Shown one piece after another: positions 8,304 to 13,076 of a stretch of 13,076 nt of DNA. The DNA comes from Amoeboradix gromovi X-113 (Eukaryota; Fungi; Sanchytriomycota): assembly GCA_018985225.1 (NCBI GenBank), contig JADGIF010000240.1, positions 1-13,076 on the forward strand. Direction: 5' to 3'. The notes under the pieces are model-generated. The model made no database searches. It was not told the DNA's origin and saw only the letters and a list, made by a program, of their open reading frames with translations. Within the stretch, counting starts at the first letter, position 1; every line of letters starts with the position of its first letter. The translations under genes and the position numbers were made by a program.

Positions 8304-10641
8304 ATGATGCAGCAAAAACTCTTGACGATATCCAGTGTTCTCAACCAACCCACAAGAGAAGAAATTCCTACCACAAATCAAAAAAGCATTTCTGTAAAGC
8401 CACCAAATTTAGCAGCTTACAACAAGTATATTCAAACGGAATATGACCAGTACCGTATTTTAAAACTAAAGAAATCGTCGCTTAGCTCATCTGCCTCTAC
8501 AGATGTCCCAAAGTTATTTGAATCTCTAGAGTTAGAAAAGTCGAGAGATTTTAACAGTGTTTTAAGGCTGATGGATGTTAAGGTGGATGATTTAAGAGTG
8601 TTGTCTGCTAATGCTCCAAGTATTTTGGATAAACTGAAAGGTTATCAATCAAATGTTGAAAATAAATTAGTTCAAGTTATTAGTGAAAAGAGTGAAGAAC
8701 TCTACACTATTAGCCAAGCCATGTCGGATTTACAAAATACCTTCAAGGATATTGATAACGAACTGTTAAAGCACAAGACTACTTTGGAAAAAATCAAGAA
8801 ATCCTGCGAGTCTGCGTTCAAGGTTATTCAAACTAAAGAAAATGTGGAACTGCTTAAAAAGTTTAAAAACATGATTAAAGATGTTAAAGAGTGTGAGGAA
8901 CTGTTAGAACTAACTACCCAGCTTCTAGAGAGCAGAGACTACTTTGCTGCACATGACATAATCCATCAACTGGAAGTTAAACTTCCTAGATATCAGAGTA
9001 CACTAAATATGTGGAAGCATTTGGAGATGATAGAAAAAAACTACAACAGTGGCATATGCAAAGAAGGGCAATCTCAAATATTTCAGATTAAACCTGTTTT
9101 ACCTGTTTTTAACTTTAGTTTGTGTCCAATTGATACTCCTCAGTATTCATTAGTCTCATTAGACAAATTTTGGGATACTTTCGAAAGCAGTGGAATAATT
9201 GATACAATTTTGGAAGAATACAAATCTAAAGTACTAAAGTCCTATGATGAGAACGACTGGGTGTTTTTTGGATTGCCAGCTTTATCTGGTGTTATATCAG
9301 CCAAGGAGCTAATCAAGCGTACAAGTACCCTTATGTTTGTATTATACTCTCAGTACATGCTTTTTAAAAGTAAAGATCAAACTATTTTTGTTATTAGTGA
9401 TGTTGTGAAAGCATTAATTGTAAAATTGCAAATAAGTGTTGATAACCAACAGAAAAGTGTATTAGAACAAGTGGACTTGGACACTTTCTATGATTTATAC
9501 AAATGGTGCAAAAATCTTATAAGCTGTTTAATGTATCTACAGGAAAACGAATACGATTTAGAATCTAGAACTTGGAATAAAAAATCCAGCTCGATTACCA
9601 TACTAAATGTATTCAACGCTTGGTTTATAACTTCCCTTAGACAGAGATTACTGAGTTTTCACAACAAAACGTTGCAGGATTTAACCAGTTTAGTTCAAAA
9701 TGAGCAATGGGCCACGACAGAAGTTCCTAGCGAATTTATGCTTCTACTAAACAGAATAGAAAATGATCAGTTACAGGCCAAGGATAACGAAAGTAATGCA
9801 TCCCAAGAGAGATTAGTGGTAAATAATATTCAGTACCCCGTAGTAGGAGTATCATTGTATTTAATCAAATTTATTTACAGCTATCTGAATTTAGCCAATT
9901 CTTGTGCCGATATAACTTGGGATACATTCTTTAAAGTCATGGAATGTTTGCGGAGTTTTAACACTTTGACATCTCAATCAATACTTGGAGGAGGAGCTGC
10001 AAAAACCGCCAATTTAAAGAGCATTACCGCCAAGCATCTGTGTTTAGCATGGCAAAGTGTGGAGGTAATAATTGCTCTTACGCCATTTTTAATAAATTTC
10101 TTTAAAATTAGAATTCCAGAAGACAAAATCACGTTTATGCAAGACGAAGTTGTTAAGTTAGTACAAGTCATACACGATCACCAAAATCAGATTCAGCAGA
10201 AACTAGCATTTATAATAAAGGATAGAACTATTTATTATCTGAGTAACTACAAGGTAACATTAATTAACACAGAAGATTGATTCGATTAAAAGGATTCAAG
10301 AGCTAAAAAACAAGTATCATTCAGTTTTGCTGATTCAGGAACAGGCTGATTTTGCTTTTAGTGAGCCTATATTGTCATTTATTAAAGAGACTGAACTTTT
10401 GTATAAAGTACTAACAAAGTATACAACAGAACAAGTAACCGATATAGTAATGTCGAACTCATTAACAGAAATGGCTAATGCATTTGAAGAGCATTGCAAA
10501 ACCCTAGAATTCAAGAATAATGAGGAAAAGTCCATGACAATAACAGAATTTTATCAAATGGAGCAGAAATTTAAAAACTATCCAAACTTTTACGCACTGA
10601 AGTCTATTCAGCTGAAGCTGAACAACATTGCCATAAAATAA
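8304..10641 (+). CDS. VPS54: GARP complex subunit Vps54; exons 8304-10253 and 10273-10641, about 772 aa
   Basis: N-terminal ISSVLNQP, a coiled-coil region, NEQWATTEVPSEF, and the Vps54 signature FNTLTSQSILGGGAAKTANLKSITAKHLCLAWQSV. Removing the 19-nt intron joins ORF 10327-10641 (KETELLYKVLTKY) in frame. Confidence 0.92.
10254..10272 (+). other. 19-nt spliceosomal intron in VPS54 (GTAACATTAATTAACACAG), phase 0
   Basis: AAG|GT...CAG, with TTAAC at positions 11-15. Excision gives an open frame from 10273 to the TAA at 10639-10641. Confidence 0.92.
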
Positions 10642-10642
10642 A
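10637..10642 (+). terminator. AATAAA poly(A) signal overlapping the VPS54 stop codon
   Basis: TAA 10639-10641 is embedded in AATAAA. Confidence 0.55.
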
Positions 10643-10654
10643 TATTTAAATAAG

Positions 10655-10662
10655 TTTGAAAC
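10655..10662 (+). promoter_or_regulatory. TTTGAAAC motif 7 nt before the SPC25 ATG
   Basis: Recurrent start-proximal motif, inside a 28-nt intergenic spacer. Confidence 0.45.
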
Positions 10663-10669
10663 CACTCCC

Positions 10670-11374
10670 ATGCAGTTTTCATTACAAACTACTATTTCTC
10701 AGCTAAAGAAATATGCCGAACATAACAAACCACCGCTGGCAAAAGATGTTGAGGAAATTGCACAAAGTTACATATCACAATTGAACAAGAATCATGCTAG
10801 AGCAGTATTAATAGTTGAAAATAATGAACTACGCAAGAAACAATATAAAGATGCCCAACTAAAAAACAAAGAATACTTGGAGAAAGAAAAAACCCTGATA
10901 GCACTATATGAAAGGGTTCAGAAACAAGAACAGCAACTCTATCTGGAAAAAACAAAAAAGGAGGATCGTTTACGAGAATTAAAATCTATTCTGAAAGAAA
11001 AAAGGAAGGAAAAACAAGGAAGAACTGACAGAATTGAACATTTGAGATCTCAATACAAGAAATTGTTCGGACTCTCTATGATTAGCGAGGAAAATGGATA
11101 CTATCGTATAATATTTACAAAATTCCCAAATGAACTGCCAAAGGCGTATTTCAGATTTAGGATCGAAGATAAAGTGCTTCATGCCGTAGAAATTAATCCT
11201 ACGATACCTTCACTACCCTGCTTGACCTCTGATGAGAACGATAAGATCTATGGAAAGTTTGACGGCATGAATTTAAATCCACTTTTGGAACAGGTCAGGT
11301 CGATCTTAAAACAGAGCCCAGAAAGGTTAACAGAAATAGTAAAGCGACTTCATAAAGGATGGTCAACTTTGTAA
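10670..11374 (+). CDS. SPC25: Probable kinetochore Ndc80-complex subunit Spc25
   Basis: 234 aa. An N-terminal coiled coil is followed by an RWD-like domain starting YKKLFGLSM..YRIIFTKF..P..YFRFRI..V.INPTIPSL and ending IVKRLHKGW, matching the Spc25 layout. Confidence 0.7.
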   Translation: MQFSLQTTISQLKKYAEHNKPPLAKDVEEIAQSYISQLNKNHARAVLIVENNELRKKQYKDAQLKNKEYLEKEKTLIALYERVQKQEQQLYLEKTKKEDRLRELKSILKEKRKEKQGRTDRIEHLRSQYKKLFGLSMISEENGYYRIIFTKFPNELPKAYFRFRIEDKVLHAVEINPTIPSLPCLTSDENDKIYGKFDGMNLNPLLEQVRSILKQSPERLTEIVKRLHKGWSTL

Positions 11375-11436
11375 AATAAATTATTAAATTTTATTTTCTT
11401 AAGAGAGACTAGGCTTTTGCAAACAACGTATTTATT
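11375..11436. terminator. Convergent poly(A) signals for SPC25 (+, 11375-11380) and SNF4 (-, 11431-11436)
   Basis: AATAAA immediately follows each stop codon. Confidence 0.55.
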
Positions 11437-12420
11437 TCATTCCTTGAAAACTAGAAACCTTATTATGTCCACTAAACGAATAATTCCAAGCAACTTTTTG
11501 TGTTCGTCTACAACTAAAATTCGATGTACAGTTGACTTTTTGAAGCTACTGATAAGAAATCCTAGAGAATCAATTTCTTTACAAGTATGAACACCCTCGA
11601 AGTCTGGAGACCTCTTTAAAATGGCTTCTTGCACTGGTATCTTCAAATCAAATTCAGCCGTCTCAGTAACGAATTGTAGAATATCTGGACTCTCGTAAAC
11701 ATTAACAACGCACCCGGAGGCATCTAAAATAGGAATAGCATTGGCACCACAACTGATAATCATTTCTATTAAATCAATAATTGGAGTTGATAAGACTGCT
11801 GTGTATTGGGGTTTCGTCATTAGCTGATTAGCTGGAATGCTCAATAGCTCCACAGGGCAATTCTCTGAAATACTTTTTAATATTTTGTAGTTGGTAATAA
11901 CGGATATTATAGAATGATGACCCGGAGGACTTAATACCGAACCAGGTAAATAGTTTTCTATATTTGGAGCTGAACCATCAGGATGGATATGGACTAAAGC
12001 AGCTCTGAATTGGTTGGCACTTAGCATTAATTTTGCAGCTTCAAGTAAGGTGATTTCAGGATTAAAGGAAACATTCAAATGTTGAAGCCCTGGTGGCCTT
12101 TTCAAGCTAAACACATCTGCTATTCTAAATGATTTTAATATTTCTTTTGCTTGAAGAACATCACCATGATGATAAAAATGATGCATAAGCAACAAAATAT
12201 CATTAGTACCTAACACAGCAACAAAGGAACCGTCATTAACAACAGGAAGACCTAGAGTCGAATGCTGAATTAAAGCAGATGCGCCTTTAGTTAACAACAA
12301 GTTGGAATCTAATATGACCGTTTTCATACTATCTGCCAAAGTGTCTACACATGTCGTTTTAGCCATGTATTCTCTAACAGATTGCAGAGGATCTGTTACA
12401 TCTTCTGGATTTTGACTCAT
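11437..12420 (-). CDS. SNF4: AMPK/SNF1 gamma subunit (four CBS domains), divergent
   Basis: VREYMAKTTCVDTL..S.KTVILDSNLL matches the Snf4 N-terminus. AIPILD..G.VVNVYE..D and RSPDFEGVHTC...VHRILVVDEHKKLLGII..DIIRFL match fungal Snf4 CBS3-4. Confidence 0.88.
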   Translation of the reverse strand: MSQNPEDVTDPLQSVREYMAKTTCVDTLADSMKTVILDSNLLLTKGASALIQHSTLGLPVVNDGSFVAVLGTNDILLLMHHFYHHGDVLQAKEILKSFRIADVFSLKRPPGLQHLNVSFNPEITLLEAAKLMLSANQFRAALVHIHPDGSAPNIENYLPGSVLSPPGHHSIISVITNYKILKSISENCPVELLSIPANQLMTKPQYTAVLSTPIIDLIEMIISCGANAIPILDASGCVVNVYESPDILQFVTETAEFDLKIPVQEAILKRSPDFEGVHTCKEIDSLGFLISSFKKSTVHRILVVDEHKKLLGIIRLVDIIRFLVFKE

Positions 12421-12442
12421 CTCGAATTAAGTAGTAAAAAGA

Positions 12443-12450
12443 GTTTCAAA
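12443..12450 (-). promoter_or_regulatory. TTTGAAAC motif 22 nt before the SNF4 ATG
   Basis: GTTTCAAA on the plus strand; recurrent start-proximal motif. Confidence 0.45.
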
Positions 12451-13076
12451 AATGGAAATGGTTAATTTCGGACCGGCTCAATGATTTACTAACAAAAAGA
12501 AATTCTGCTATGAATCATAAACAATGCTTTACTAATATCCAACTCAAAGAAGCCTTTATTTTAACGAAAAGAAAAATGTTGACGAACCCAATGTAATGCA
12601 CCTAAATATGGATACATGGCTGCCTGTTCGAACCATTGCCGACTTATAAGTATTCTGTTCTCAAAAAGTGGTAATTTTTGTAGCTGATGAACATAGCTAT
12701 GAAACTGGAGACAGGATTTATATTTGGGGACTATAAACACAAAAACTAGACCATTCTAATTTGAAGTATTTCAAAGCAATTAAAAACAATATATTATTTC
12801 AAGAAAGTAAAATTAAGTGTTAAAACTTGATTAGCTGGCGCCTCCAAACGAAAAGCAAGTTTTCGTGTACCAGTAATTTAAAAAGAATAAAATAGTCTAG
12901 ACATATAATGAAGGCAGCAGTGATCCTGGACCTATTAAGAATAAAGTGAATAAGAGCAATAAAAGACTTAAGCATGTCTAAAAAGGTGAAATGGCAAGAT
13001 TAGACTTGGGACACCAAATATAAAAACTAGACTAACTCGTTTTTAAAGGAGGTGCTCCATACGGAGGAAATGCTAT

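Noticed and set aside
3697-10327. Interpreting the split ORFs as pseudogenes, sequencing frameshifts, programmed frameshifting or stop-codon reassignment
   Set aside because: All four breaks contain an identical-length GT-AG insert with a shared consensus. TAA, TAG and TGA are all used as genuine terminal stops.
1339-11182. Antisense or overlapping ORFs (1339-1626, 2220-2843, 2824-3273, 5137-5319, 6635-6859, 7047-7268, 7262-7486, 7880-8134, 9974-10171, 10335-10535, 10979-11182)
   Set aside because: These are shadows of real genes, with biased Ser/Leu/Phe composition and no recognisable motifs.
12650-12668. 19-nt GTATTCTGTTCTCAAAAAG with A at position 14
   Set aside because: Only a partial match to the consensus; splicing would give only an unrecognisable peptide of about 33 aa.
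1-13076. tRNA, rRNA, snRNA, CRISPR array or prokaryotic operon structure
   Set aside because: No such motifs were recognised by eye, and gene content and signals are eukaryotic. A covariance-model scan would be needed to exclude small ncRNAs.

Overview
This is an AT-rich, very compact eukaryotic genomic window using the standard genetic code. It most resembles an early-diverging fungus or fungal relative (inference from a fungal-type SNF4, NAMPT and a eukaryotic FtsX-like permease). It holds 8 genes: a partial FtsX-like permease (+), SMC4 (+), a 22-aa-repeat protein (-), NAMPT (+), a DEK-C/triple-SWIB protein (-), VPS54 (+), SPC25 (+) and SNF4/AMPK-gamma (-). Four genes appear split into two ORFs. 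In each case they are joined in frame by removing one GT-AG intron of exactly 19 nt (3684-3702, 6403-6421, 7027-7045 on minus, 10254-10272). These introns share a fixed-register consensus GTAnnnTwnAYTAAYwnAG, with the putative branch A at position 14. All four lie 263-369 nt upstream of the end of the CDS. Every gene has AATAAA on or next to its stop codon, four genes have (T)TTGAAAC shortly upstream of the ATG, and several spacers are only 10-62 nt.
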